64,000 bases of DNA from Acidimicrobiia bacterium. Lineage in GTDB: Bacteria; Actinomycetota; Acidimicrobiia; Spongiisociales; UBA4744. Position numbers and translations under genes: made by a program. This document shows positions 38,535 to 50,008 of the stretch, one piece after another. How positions within the stretch are numbered: position 1 is the stretch's first letter; every line of letters begins with the position of its first letter. The stretch covers positions 1,523 to 65,522 of the forward strand of contig JAOTUY010000009.1 in the NCBI GenBank assembly GCA_029863625.1. Direction: 5' to 3'. Below the pieces are notes generated by a model. That model was not told the origin of the DNA, did not search any database, and saw only the letters and a program-made list of their open reading frames with translations.

Positions 38535-39305
38535 ATGACAGCCTATTTCGCAACCGTTGCCGGTCTGTTCGGCCTCTTGATCGGTTCCTTTCTCAACGTC
38601 GTCGCCTACCGGGTACCGCTCAGTCGATCCGTGGTATCTCCTCCCTCCGCCTGTCCGGAGTGCGGACACCCGATCCGGTGGAAAGACAACATTCCGGTTG
38701 TTTCGTGGCTGCTCCTCAAGGGGCGGTGCCGCGACTGCGACGCAAGCATCTCAGCGCGATACCCGTTCGTCGAGGCTGCCACCGGAGCTTTGTTTGTCGG
38801 GAGTTACCTGGTGATCGGCCCGGTCTGGGTGCTGCCCGCCTACCTGCTCTTCGTAGCCACCACCGTGGTGTTGGTGCTCACCGACCTCGACCACAAGAGA
38901 ATCCCCAACCGTATCCTCTATCCAGCCACTGCGGCGGCAGTGATGCTCATCGCGGCCGGTGCTGCGGCCGATGGATCGATGGTATCCATACCGAGGGCTC
39001 TGGCGGGCGGCGGGATCTACTTCGGATTGCTCCTGGTCATTGCTCTACTGGCCCGGGGTGGCTTCGGGATGGGGGATGTCAAGCTGGCCTTCCTGCTCGG
39101 GACCTTCCTCGCCTTCCAGTCTTGGGACACCTTGTGGTCGGGTATCTTCTTGGCTTTCCTGATCGGCGGGGTAATTTCGCTCCTCCTTCTGATCACCAAG
39201 CGAAAGGGCCGCAAGGACGCCATCCCGTTCGGCCCCCCTCTCATCGTCGGGGCGTTGGTCGCTCTCGTCTGGGGCCAACAATTGGTGGACTGGTACCTGT
39301 CCTGA
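38535..39305 (+). CDS. pilD: Prepilin peptidase
   Basis: GSFLNVV.YR.P, CPEC/CRDC, TDLDHKRIPN, GMGDVKL, IPFGP. Confidence 0.95.
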   Translation: MTAYFATVAGLFGLLIGSFLNVVAYRVPLSRSVVSPPSACPECGHPIRWKDNIPVVSWLLLKGRCRDCDASISARYPFVEAATGALFVGSYLVIGPVWVLPAYLLFVATTVVLVLTDLDHKRIPNRILYPATAAAVMLIAAGAAADGSMVSIPRALAGGGIYFGLLLVIALLARGGFGMGDVKLAFLLGTFLAFQSWDTLWSGIFLAFLIGGVISLLLLITKRKGRKDAIPFGPPLIVGALVALVWGQQLVDWYLS

Positions 39306-39449
39306 TCCGCCTGGACGGCCGGTGCTTGCGACTGTTCCGGCGCATTGTTACGCTCCTGTAATCACATCCTTGTAATTAAGGTTGTGGTCGTGGTCGAGCT
39401 GGGCCACGCGGGGGATCGGTCAGACCGGCCGGTCCAGGGCGGAGACAAC

Positions 39450-40520
39450 ATGGCGATCAACGTCGGGTTGGACATAGGCACGAGCGCTGTTCGTGCGGCT
39501 GTTGTACAGACGGGCAAAGGTGTGCCCGTCCTCCAACGTTATGGACAGGTTGCGCTGCCGGAAGGAGCCGTGGTCGCCGGCGAGATCGTTGAGGAAGCGA
39601 TCGTCCGGGATGCGCTTACCCAACTCTGGAAAACCGCCAAACTGCCAAAGAAGCGGGTGGTGGTTGGCATTGCCAACCAGCGGGTGATCGTCCGGCGAGT
39701 CGATCTACCCTATATGGCCGAAGATGAGCTCGCCCAGGCGCTGCCGTTTCAAGCTCAGGAATACATCCCGATCCCGATCGATGAGGCCATCCTCGACTTC
39801 GTCCCGCTCGAGGAGTTTGCTACCCCAAACGGTGAACCGATGTTATCGGTCCTGGTGGTCGCCGCCCACAAGGACATGGCGGCCGATGTGCTCCGTGTGG
39901 TCGGGAGCGCAGGTATCAAAGTGATGGCCATCGACTTGCAGGCGTTTGCCCTCACCCGGTCGGTGTTGGGAGCTGATTTCGATCTCGACTCGGCGACCCA
40001 GGCCATCATCAACATTGGTGGCGGGTTGACCCAGGTCATCCTCATGAGGGCGGGAACCATCCGGTTCCTCCGGATCTTGACCATGGGCGGGGCTACATTC
40101 ACAGAGGCGCTGGCCGAACGCATGCCGATGGAACCGGAGCAGGCGGAGCAGTACAAGCGCCGCACCGGAGTAGCGATCGATGGGGTCCCGGAGGGGGCCG
40201 AGGGCGAAGCGCTCGCCAAGATGATCCTCACCGAGGAAGCAGACGTCCTCATCGAAGAGATCCGCGGCTCGGTCGACTACTACCTGGGCCAATCAGGCGG
40301 GGATGGCCTGGAACGGCTCTTTGTCGCCGGCAACGGGGCCCGTTTGCCCAACCTCGCCAACCGTTTGGGCCGATCGCTCGGGGTTGGGGTCGAACCGGTT
40401 CGGGTTCTCGACGAGGAGAAAATGCGGGTCGGGAAGTTGGGGCTCAGCGACGTTGAGCTTGCCCAGGCCCAACCGGTGCTGCCCGTTCCGGTTGGACTGG
40501 CGATGTGGGGCGAACTCTGA
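39450..40520 (+). CDS. pilM: Type IV pilus assembly protein PilM
   Basis: VGLDIGTSAVR, actin-like fold, INIGG, EEIRGSVDYY, VGLA. Confidence 0.93.
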   Translation: MAINVGLDIGTSAVRAAVVQTGKGVPVLQRYGQVALPEGAVVAGEIVEEAIVRDALTQLWKTAKLPKKRVVVGIANQRVIVRRVDLPYMAEDELAQALPFQAQEYIPIPIDEAILDFVPLEEFATPNGEPMLSVLVVAAHKDMAADVLRVVGSAGIKVMAIDLQAFALTRSVLGADFDLDSATQAIINIGGGLTQVILMRAGTIRFLRILTMGGATFTEALAERMPMEPEQAEQYKRRTGVAIDGVPEGAEGEALAKMILTEEADVLIEEIRGSVDYYLGQSGGDGLERLFVAGNGARLPNLANRLGRSLGVGVEPVRVLDEEKMRVGKLGLSDVELAQAQPVLPVPVGLAMWGEL

Positions 40521-41140
40521 TGAGAACTATCAACCTCCTCCCACCGGAAGCGGCTCAACGGGCTACCGCCCGTCGCAAGTCGGTCGGTTTCATCGCGTTG
40601 GGTTTCTTCTACGTGGTGCTGTTGGCTCTGGTCGCTCTCTGGTGGCAGGGCAAGGCAACCGATGCGGAGAGCGATCGGGATGCGCAACTGGCGGCCAATT
40701 CCCGAATCGAAGCAGAGATCGGGTCTCTGGCAGGTGTCCGGGCTCTGCGTTCCACCTACGATGACGGCGTTGAGCGACTCGATAGCGCCCTGGTCCAAGA
40801 CATTGCTTGGGGTCGCTTGCTCAACGACCTTGCCCGCATCATTCCCGATCGACTGTGGATCACGAGCCTGACCGGCAACGTGCAGGAAGACGAGGAGAAC
40901 CCGTTCTTGCTCGGCCAGGTCTCGGTAACCGGCGTCGCGTTCGACTTTTCCGATGCGTCCTCTTGGCTGCGGGTGCTCGATGCGGAGGAGTGGCCTGCCC
41001 TGGGTGGCGGATGGGTATCTTCCACGAGCCGATCGACGATCGGTGAGTCCCCGGTTGTCAACTTCACGTCGGTTGCCTCGCTCCTCGATCCGGCTCGCTC
41101 AAACCGGGTCGAAGAGCGCACGCCTGAGGTTCCCTCATGA
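40520..41140 (+). CDS. pilN: Type IV pilus assembly protein PilN
   Basis: INLLP motif, TM helix, coiled coil, P..LWITSL. Confidence 0.9.
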   Translation: MRTINLLPPEAAQRATARRKSVGFIALGFFYVVLLALVALWWQGKATDAESDRDAQLAANSRIEAEIGSLAGVRALRSTYDDGVERLDSALVQDIAWGRLLNDLARIIPDRLWITSLTGNVQEDEENPFLLGQVSVTGVAFDFSDASSWLRVLDAEEWPALGGGWVSSTSRSTIGESPVVNFTSVASLLDPARSNRVEERTPEVPS

Positions 41141-41742
41141 GACGCTCCGGCCTGGTTTTTGGTGTCTTGGGCATGGTTCTCGTCACGGCACTCTGGTGGA
41201 TGTTCGTGATCTCGCCTACCAACACGAAGATCTCCGATGCGCAGGAAGAGCAGCAATCGGCCGAAGACAACGAGGTACTGTTGCGCACCCAGCTCTCCCG
41301 CCTCAAGAAGATCCAAGAAAACGAGCTGACCTATCGCTCGGCAATTGGAGCGCTCGAAGCGGCGATACCGCCCACCCCCCAGATGCCTGCTTTGATCGAC
41401 ACGCTGGCGGAACTCGCCGAAGCCTCTGGTGTTGAGTGGGAAAGCGGTACCTACGGAAACCCGGTTGAAGTGGAGGGTGAGGACTACTTCGAGATTCCGG
41501 TATCCCTGACGGTGCAGGGCCAGTTTTTTGAAGTGCTTGGGTACCTGTACGGGATCGCCGATCTGGAACGAATCGTCCGGGTCGACGCGATCAGCCTTTC
41601 CCCGACGGAAGACGACAATGGCTTCACCATCGAAAACGTCTCGATCTCGGCGATTACCTTCACCACCGGGGACGTCGTTTTGCCGGCGCCCGAAGTGATA
41701 ACCGAGACGACAACCACGACGACTCCCGGGGACGGTGAGTGA
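41137..41742 (+). CDS. pilO: Type IV pilus assembly protein PilO
   Basis: TM helix, coiled coil, IP..PQMP, V.G.F..V..YL..I..LERIVRV. Confidence 0.88.
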   Translation: MRRSGLVFGVLGMVLVTALWWMFVISPTNTKISDAQEEQQSAEDNEVLLRTQLSRLKKIQENELTYRSAIGALEAAIPPTPQMPALIDTLAELAEASGVEWESGTYGNPVEVEGEDYFEIPVSLTVQGQFFEVLGYLYGIADLERIVRVDAISLSPTEDDNGFTIENVSISAITFTTGDVVLPAPEVITETTTTTTPGDGE

Positions 41743-42248
41743 TGAGAGCAAGAAACAGCGGAACGGCGGCAGCTGTGGCAATCCTCCTGATCGGGGTGGC
41801 GGTCGCCGGGGCCTGGATGGTGGTCGCACCCTCCATATTCGGCACGTCCGAACCCTTGCTCGACGGCCCTCTGGCCGAGTCGGCCCTGGCTGCGCCGGCG
41901 ACCCCCGGGCTCATCGAGGGTGTGAAGGTGCTGAGTTCCTTTCAGGTGTCACAACCCCGTGATCCTTTCCGCCCCCTGATCACCGAAGATTCCGCACCCG
42001 GGGGTACCGGTACGGGGACCGATAACGGGTTTGAGCCGTCGGGCATCCGGGTGACCCTGGTTGAGATCAGAGACGTATCCGGCGTCTTGCGAGCCACCGT
42101 CAAGGTGGACGGCACCGACTATGACGTTGGGGTGGGAGACACCTTTGCCGGCGACTTCAAGGTTGTCAGCCTCGATGCCGATAGCGGCGTGTTCCTCTTC
42201 GGCGACAATGCCTTCGAGCTAGCCGAAGGTCAGGAGATCCTGAAGTAG
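41742..42248 (+). CDS. PilP-like membrane-anchored protein
   Basis: Follows pilO; TM helix, RDPFRP motif, C-terminal beta-sandwich (ATVKVDG..Y.V.VGD.F); no lipobox Cys. Confidence 0.6.
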   Translation: MRARNSGTAAAVAILLIGVAVAGAWMVVAPSIFGTSEPLLDGPLAESALAAPATPGLIEGVKVLSSFQVSQPRDPFRPLITEDSAPGGTGTGTDNGFEPSGIRVTLVEIRDVSGVLRATVKVDGTDYDVGVGDTFAGDFKVVSLDADSGVFLFGDNAFELAEGQEILK

Positions 42249-42262
42249 CGACTTGCTACTTC
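42242..42262 (+). terminator. Hairpin over the stop codon of the last pilus gene
   Basis: GAAGTAGC-GACTT-GCTACTTC inverted repeat. Confidence 0.45.
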
Positions 42263-42288
42263 GCTCCCGACACTCGAAACTCACTCCC

Positions 42289-43440
42289 ATGTTGCGCTTT
42301 CTCACTGCAGGCGAATCGCACGGCCCGGGTCTGGTCACCATTGTTGAAGGACTGCCGGCCGGGCTCGAGATACGATCCGAGGGCCTTGCCACCCAGCTGG
42401 GACGTCGTCGGTTGGGTTTTGGTCGGGGCAGGCGCATGATGATCGAAAAAGACGAGCTGGAGATTCTGGCCGGAGTTCGGCACGGCCGTACGCTCGGGAG
42501 CCCTCTGGCGGTGGTCATTCGCAACACTGAGTGGGCGAGATGGGCCGAGGAGATGTCCCCGGAGCCGGGCGATCCGAAGCGGGTGATGGCGACGCCCCGA
42601 CCGGGCCACGCCGATCTAGCCGGGATGCTCAAGTACGACACCCACGACGCCCGCGATATTCTCGAACGGGCCTCAGCCCGGGAAACGGCGGCCAGAACGG
42701 TCGCCGGATATGCGGCCGGCCAGCTACTCCGACAGGTGGACATGTCTGTGCTGAGCCACGTCGTCTCGATCGGTTCGATCTCTGTGCCAGTGGGTACGGC
42801 TCCCGGTCCCGGCGACCTCGAGGCCATCGATGATTCGCCCGTGCGGGTCTTCGCCCGGGAGACCGAGGGCGCCATGACTGAGGCCATCGAGCAGGCTAAG
42901 GCCAATCGTGACACGCTCGGCGGCGTGGTTGAGATCCTCGCCTTTGGCGCGCCGGCAGGGCTCGGCAGCCACGTTCATTGGGATCGGCGTCTCGATTCGC
43001 AGCTGGCCGGCGCTTTGATGTCTATCCAGGGCATCAAGGCTGTCGAGATAGGCGACGGGCTGGCCTCAGCGGCGCGACCGGGTTCGGAAGCGCACGACGA
43101 AATCGGTTTCGCAGGCCGCCAATTCGTACGTCAATCAGACCGGGCCGGAGGTCTGGAGGGTGGGATCAGCACAGGTCAGACGTTGCGGATGCGAGCTGCG
43201 ATGAAGCCGATTTCGACGTTGATGCGGCCCCTCAAGAGCGTGGACGTCGCAACGAAGGAACCGGCCGACGCTTTCCGGGAACGATCGGATGTCTGTGCGG
43301 TTCCGGCGGCGGGCGTCGTCGCCGAACAGATGGTGGCGTACGTGCTGGCCGCAGAGGTGCTTCGGAAATTCGGGGGAGACACCGTGGCCGATCTCGTAGC
43401 CGCCGTCACGGCATACCGAACGCGACTCCTGGCATTCTGA
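42289..43440 (+). CDS. aroC: Chorismate synthase
   Basis: MLRFLTAGESHG, RPGHAD, ERASARETA, GGLEGGIS, MKPIST. Confidence 0.97.
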   Translation: MLRFLTAGESHGPGLVTIVEGLPAGLEIRSEGLATQLGRRRLGFGRGRRMMIEKDELEILAGVRHGRTLGSPLAVVIRNTEWARWAEEMSPEPGDPKRVMATPRPGHADLAGMLKYDTHDARDILERASARETAARTVAGYAAGQLLRQVDMSVLSHVVSIGSISVPVGTAPGPGDLEAIDDSPVRVFARETEGAMTEAIEQAKANRDTLGGVVEILAFGAPAGLGSHVHWDRRLDSQLAGALMSIQGIKAVEIGDGLASAARPGSEAHDEIGFAGRQFVRQSDRAGGLEGGISTGQTLRMRAAMKPISTLMRPLKSVDVATKEPADAFRERSDVCAVPAAGVVAEQMVAYVLAAEVLRKFGGDTVADLVAAVTAYRTRLLAF

Positions 43441-43952
43441 TGCGAGCCTTGTGGCTGGTCGGCATGATGGGGTCGGGGAAGACAACCGTTGGTGAGCTCA
43501 TCGCCCGGCGAACCGGGCTTGTCTTTGTCGACACTGATTCGGTTATTGAGGCGGCGAGCGATCGAGCGATCTCGTCCATCTTTGAGACCGATGGCGAAGA
43601 GGCCTTTCGGGACCTCGAAGCCGACTGCATAGATCGCATTGTGGCAACCGGGCGGGATTGCGTAGTCGCAACCGGGGGCGGCATTGTGCTCCGACCGCAG
43701 AACGTCTCGGCAATGCGCAGCAACGGCAGGGTTGTCTGGTTGATGGCAGGACGAGACGAGCTGGCGGCCCGCGTTGACGATTCGCCGGCCCGGCCGCTTC
43801 TCTTCAACCAGCAGACCGCGCAGCGTCTGGACGCGTTGTTGGTCGAACGCGCCGCGGCCTATGCCGCGGCCGCCCATCATACCGTCGACACCGCTGCGAA
43901 GAGTCCAGAGGATGTGGCCCGGGAGGTGATCTTGCTGTGGGACGGCTCGTGA
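43440..43952 (+). CDS. aroK: Shikimate kinase
   Basis: GMMGSGKTT, GEEAFRDLE, ATGGG, RPLL. Confidence 0.95.
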   Translation: MRALWLVGMMGSGKTTVGELIARRTGLVFVDTDSVIEAASDRAISSIFETDGEEAFRDLEADCIDRIVATGRDCVVATGGGIVLRPQNVSAMRSNGRVVWLMAGRDELAARVDDSPARPLLFNQQTAQRLDALLVERAAAYAAAAHHTVDTAAKSPEDVAREVILLWDGS

Positions 43953-44962
43953 TCGGCGAACAGTCCGAGATTCTCATCGATCGGGATCTCCTGCGGGGCG
44001 CCATCCTGCCGGCTCGATCCGACCGAAGGAAAGTCGCCGTGTTCACCCAACCGGGCGCTCGGCACATCGCCGAAATGGTCGTCGAAGGGGTGGCGTCCGT
44101 CGACGTGCAGCAGATGATCCTGCCGGACCGCGACACCGCCAAGACCCTGGCAGTTGTCCAGACCGCCTACGAATGGCTGGCCGATATGGGAATGGGCCGC
44201 CGTGACACGATCGTCGGTGTGGGGGGAGGTTCGGTGACGGATGTGGCCGGATTCGTTGCGGCCACATATCTGCGAGGGATCGAAGTCGTCCATGTCCCCA
44301 CGACGCTGCTCGGGGCCGTCGATGCGTCGATCGGGGGCAAGACCGGGGTCAACCTGGGTGGAAAGAACCTGGTTGGATCGTTCCACCACCCGACCCGAGT
44401 GTTGATCGACCTCGATGTCCTCGACCGGCTCCCGATCGAGCTCAAGCGTGAGGGGATGGCGGAAGCGTTGAAGGCTGCTCTGATCGGGGACCCCGCATTG
44501 TTGGTGCATCTCGAGTCGACCGGCCTGGGCGCAGATCTGAGCGTGGTTGTGCCACGAGCTGTGGCGGTCAAAGTTGCAGTAGTCGACCAGGATTTTCGCG
44601 AGACCGGCCTTCGGGCCACCCTCAACTACGGACACACGATCGGCCACGCCGTTGAGATCACAGCCGGAATGCCGCACGGGCACGCGGTGGCCGTCGGCAT
44701 GGCCGCGGCCGGTCGCATTGCTGAGGAACTCGTCGGATTCGCAAACGCCGGTCGCCAGCTAAAGGCCATCGTTGGGCTCGGCCTGCCCATCGCAACGGAA
44801 GGTGTCGAGCGTCGGCCGGTGCTCGATGTGCTCACCCGGGACAAGAAACGCGACGCCTCGGGCATGCGAATGGTGCTCCTGCGAGCGATTGGTGAGCCGG
44901 TTGTACTCTCCGTGTCCGGCGAAGCAATTGACGCAGGGCTGGCCAGTATCGGTATCACCTAG
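43937..44962 (+). CDS. aroB: 3-dehydroquinate synthase
   Basis: GGGSVTDVAGFVAATYLRG, PTTLL, GGKTGVN, LNYGHTIGHA. Confidence 0.95.
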   Translation: MGRLVIGEQSEILIDRDLLRGAILPARSDRRKVAVFTQPGARHIAEMVVEGVASVDVQQMILPDRDTAKTLAVVQTAYEWLADMGMGRRDTIVGVGGGSVTDVAGFVAATYLRGIEVVHVPTTLLGAVDASIGGKTGVNLGGKNLVGSFHHPTRVLIDLDVLDRLPIELKREGMAEALKAALIGDPALLVHLESTGLGADLSVVVPRAVAVKVAVVDQDFRETGLRATLNYGHTIGHAVEITAGMPHGHAVAVGMAAAGRIAEELVGFANAGRQLKAIVGLGLPIATEGVERRPVLDVLTRDKKRDASGMRMVLLRAIGEPVVLSVSGEAIDAGLASIGIT

Positions 44963-45056
44963 GAGACCGTTTGGCAATGCATGTCCCGCATCTCGACGCC
45001 ATCACTGAGCAGAGTCCGAGCGATACACTCCGGGCTGCGCAAAGGAGCCATACCGA

Positions 45057-45614
45057 ATGATCTCGACTAATGAAGCACGCCCCGGGATGGCTCTCAACCT
45101 ACCGGAGGGTCTCTTCAGCATCATCGAGTATCAGCACGTCAAGCCGGGCAAGGGCCGGGCTTTCGTGAGGATGAAACTCAGGAACCTCGACACCGGCGCC
45201 GTCATCGACCGAACCTTTCGGGCGGGTGAGTCGGTCGAGCAGGCGGTCATCGATCGGAGAGACCATCAGTTCCTCTATCGCGACGATCTCGGGTTTCACT
45301 TCATGGATCTCGAAACCTACAGCCAGTTCGCCATCCCGGCAGACGACGTTGGGAACGCCGCGCCCTACCTCGTTGATGGGATGACCGCTTTGTTGCATAT
45401 GTACCAGGGCAGGGCGGTTGCGGTCGAGATGCCGCCTGCGGTGGAACTCGAGGTCATCAAGGCCGAACCGGGAGTGAAGGGGGATCGGGTCTCGGGGGCC
45501 ACAAAACCGGTGACCGTGCAAACGGGACTCGTGGTCCAAGCACCCCTGTTCGTCGGCGAGGGGGATGTCATCAAAGTCGATACCCGTAGCGGCGAATACC
45601 TGACCCGCGTGTGA
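45057..45614 (+). CDS. efp: Elongation factor P
   Basis: HVKPGKG, FMDLETY.Q, PGVKGD, IKVDTRSGEYL. Confidence 0.97.
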   Translation: MISTNEARPGMALNLPEGLFSIIEYQHVKPGKGRAFVRMKLRNLDTGAVIDRTFRAGESVEQAVIDRRDHQFLYRDDLGFHFMDLETYSQFAIPADDVGNAAPYLVDGMTALLHMYQGRAVAVEMPPAVELEVIKAEPGVKGDRVSGATKPVTVQTGLVVQAPLFVGEGDVIKVDTRSGEYLTRV

Positions 45615-46036
45615 CCACTCCAGAACAAGTCCGCCCCGAGCCGCGCGACCTGGCGCTCATCGCCCTCTACGAGGCCGACCAGCGGGGCATGGTTCAAGCA
45701 GAAATCGATACCGGCCTTCCTGTCAAGGCAGCCCGCCTTATTCGGGGGGTCGGCGATCACCTCGGCGAACTGGACAGATCGATTGATGGAGTGTCGACCC
45801 GCTGGCGGGTGGCTCGGATGCCGCCCGTAGATCGCTGCATCCTTCGGCTGGGCTTGTACGAGCTTCGGTTCGAGCAGAGGACGCCGATGGCGGTGGTTGT
45901 TTCCGAAGCGGTTCGTCTTGCCAAGGTGTATTCGACGGAACGCAGCGGGGCATTCGTGAATGGAATTCTCGCCAAATTGGCTGCGGTGGAACGTCCAGAT
46001 GAGGCTCCGCATATAGGAAACCCGGCTTCTTCTTGA
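45611..46036 (+). CDS. nusB: Transcription antitermination factor
   Basis: W...RM..VDR.ILRLG.YEL, EAV.LAK.YS, FVNGIL. Confidence 0.93.
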   Translation: MTTPEQVRPEPRDLALIALYEADQRGMVQAEIDTGLPVKAARLIRGVGDHLGELDRSIDGVSTRWRVARMPPVDRCILRLGLYELRFEQRTPMAVVVSEAVRLAKVYSTERSGAFVNGILAKLAAVERPDEAPHIGNPASS

Positions 46037-46060
46037 TCGTGTGCTACGCTCCGGCCAACG

Positions 46061-47603
<1,543 letters not shown>

Positions 47604-47611
<8 letters not shown>

Positions 47612-48875
47612 GATTCTCATCACCAACGGGAAACTCGTGACGGCCGACGGTGTGATCCAAAAAGACATCCGGATCGAGAACGGCAGCGTGAAGGAAATCG
47701 GGATCGACCTGAAGACCTCAGGTGAGACCATCGATTGTGGAGGGAGCCTGGTCGGTCCCGGCTTTGTCGACATCCACGTACATTTTCGCGAGCCCGGCCA
47801 GGAGTGGAAAGAGGACATCGGGAGCGGATCGGCGGCTGCCGCGGCCGGAGGTTTCACAGCGGTGGTCGTGATGCCGAACACCGAACCGGCGGTCGATGCC
47901 GGACACCTGGCGCGATTCGTGATCGACCGCGGCCGGGAAGAAGGTTTGGTTGAGGTTGTTCCGGCTGGGGCCATCACCATGGGAAGAGAGGGAAAGAAGC
48001 TTGCTCACCTCGATCAGCTGTGGGCGGCGGGTGTGAGGATCTTCACCGACGACGGCGACTCGGTTGAGGATGCCGGTCTCTTGCGCAGGGCGATGGAATA
48101 CCTGGCCGAGATCGGTGGGTTGGTCGCCCAACATCCAGAAGATCGGGGGCTTACGAGAGATGGCCATATGCACGAAGGGAGTGTTTCCTCGCGACTGGGT
48201 ATGGCCGGAATCCCGGCCATAGGGGAGGAGGCCGTGGTGGCTCGAGATCTAGCCCTGGCGCGGCTGACCGGTGTCCGCTATCACGTCCAGCACGTTTCTA
48301 CGGCGGGCGCCGTCGAACTCGTCGGGAAGGCCAAAGCTGAAGGTCTGGCGGTGACCGCCGAAGTGACCCCTCACCACCTGATGCTCGATCACGGTGAAGT
48401 CGAACGGATGAACCCGGATGTCAAGATGTACCCGCCCCTCCGCCGACCTGCCGACGTTGAAGCCGTTCGGGCCGGGCTCGTAGACGGGACCATCGATGTC
48501 GTGGCAACCGACCATGCCCCCCACGCTGCCCACGAGAAGGACGTTCCCTTCGAAGAGGCCCCGCGCGGCATCATCGGTCTCGAGACGTCCGCGGCAGTCG
48601 TCAATACGTCGGTCGAACTCGGCCCGGTCGAGTTCTTTCAGCGCATGTCGGTCGCTCCTGCCCACATCGCCGGGCTGCACGAGCACGGGCGATGGCTCGA
48701 GCCAGGCGGACTGGCCAACCTGGTCGTCTTCGATCCGAGCGCAGCATGGAAACCCGAGGTTTTCGAGTCGAGGGCTGAGAACTCACCCTTCATCGGGAGG
48801 TCGTTGCAGGGGCGGGTGGTAGCCACCATCTACAACGGACGGGTTACCTACCGGGACGGCAAGGTGCACCGGTGA
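47604..48875 (+). CDS. pyrC: Dihydroorotase
   Basis: PGFVDIHVHFREPG, AEVTPHHL, PPLR, ATDHAPH. Confidence 0.96.
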
Positions 48876-50008
48876 AGGAAGGCCTGGCTGTCACGGCCGA
48901 CGGCCAGGTCTTTCGCGGGATGTCGAAAGGCGCAGAGGGTGTGAGCGTAGGCGAGGTGATCTTCAACACCTCGATGAGCGGCTATCAGGAGATCCTGACC
49001 GATCCCTCGTACGCCGGCCAGGTGATTGTCATGACGCTGCCCCATATCGGTAACTATGGCGTGGTCGCCGGGGACGACCAGGCCCCGGCGCCGACGGCGG
49101 CCGGCCTGATCGTACGATCGCTGGCGCGTCGCTATTCCAGTTGGCGGGCAGACGGGTCCCTCGCCGATTTGCTGGCAGACCGGGGGATTGTGGCGCTGGC
49201 CGGCATCGACACTCGCAGGTTGACCCGACACATCCAGTCGGCCGGAGCGATGCAGATCGCCATCGGCACAGATGTCGATGTGACCGAATTGGCAGAGCTG
49301 GCCGCGGCGGCCCCGGTGATAGACGGGCGAGATCTGGCCAGCAATGTGACGACCTCACACGCTTGGACCCAGCCGGCCTTTGGGGAGCGGCGCGGGAAGG
49401 TTGTTGCGCTGGATCTGGGCATCAAGCGGTCCATCGTTCGGGAGCTGGCAGGGCAAGGTCTCGAGGTGAGGGTCGTTCCGCTCAACACACCGGCAGAGTC
49501 CATAATCGAACAGTCACCGGATGGTGTTTTCCTGTCAAACGGCCCGGGGGATCCGGCCGCGCTGCCGTTGGCGATCGCAACGGTTCGCTTGCTGCTGGGC
49601 CGGGTTCCCATTTTTGGGATCTGTTTGGGTCATCAGGTGCTCGGTCTGGCGTTGGGGGCCACCACCTACAAGCTGCCGTTCGGTCACCACGGCGGAAACC
49701 ATCCGGTGAGACGACTGATCGATGGAAGGATCGAGGTCACGGCCCACAACCACGGGTTCGCCGTCAATCTCACCAACCTGGCGGGAGGCGACGGGGAGAC
49801 TCCTGTGCTGCCGGCCGCCGATCGATTGCGCACCGAATTCGGTGAGATCGTGGCGACGCACGTGAACCTGAACGATGGCACGGTGGAAGGTTTGGCATGC
49901 CGAGACGTCGACGCCTTTTCGGTCCAGTACCACCCGGAGGCGGCACCGGGGCCCCACGATGCTTTGCACTATTTCGACCATTTCGCCGATCTGATCGCCC
50001 AGCGCTGA
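48872..50008 (+). CDS. carA: Carbamoyl-phosphate synthase small subunit
   Basis: [38 protein letters not shown]. Confidence 0.97.
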   Translation: MKEGLAVTADGQVFRGMSKGAEGVSVGEVIFNTSMSGYQEILTDPSYAGQVIVMTLPHIGNYGVVAGDDQAPAPTAAGLIVRSLARRYSSWRADGSLADLLADRGIVALAGIDTRRLTRHIQSAGAMQIAIGTDVDVTELAELAAAAPVIDGRDLASNVTTSHAWTQPAFGERRGKVVALDLGIKRSIVRELAGQGLEVRVVPLNTPAESIIEQSPDGVFLSNGPGDPAALPLAIATVRLLLGRVPIFGICLGHQVLGLALGATTYKLPFGHHGGNHPVRRLIDGRIEVTAHNHGFAVNLTNLAGGDGETPVLPAADRLRTEFGEIVATHVNLNDGTVEGLACRDVDAFSVQYHPEAAPGPHDALHYFDHFADLIAQR

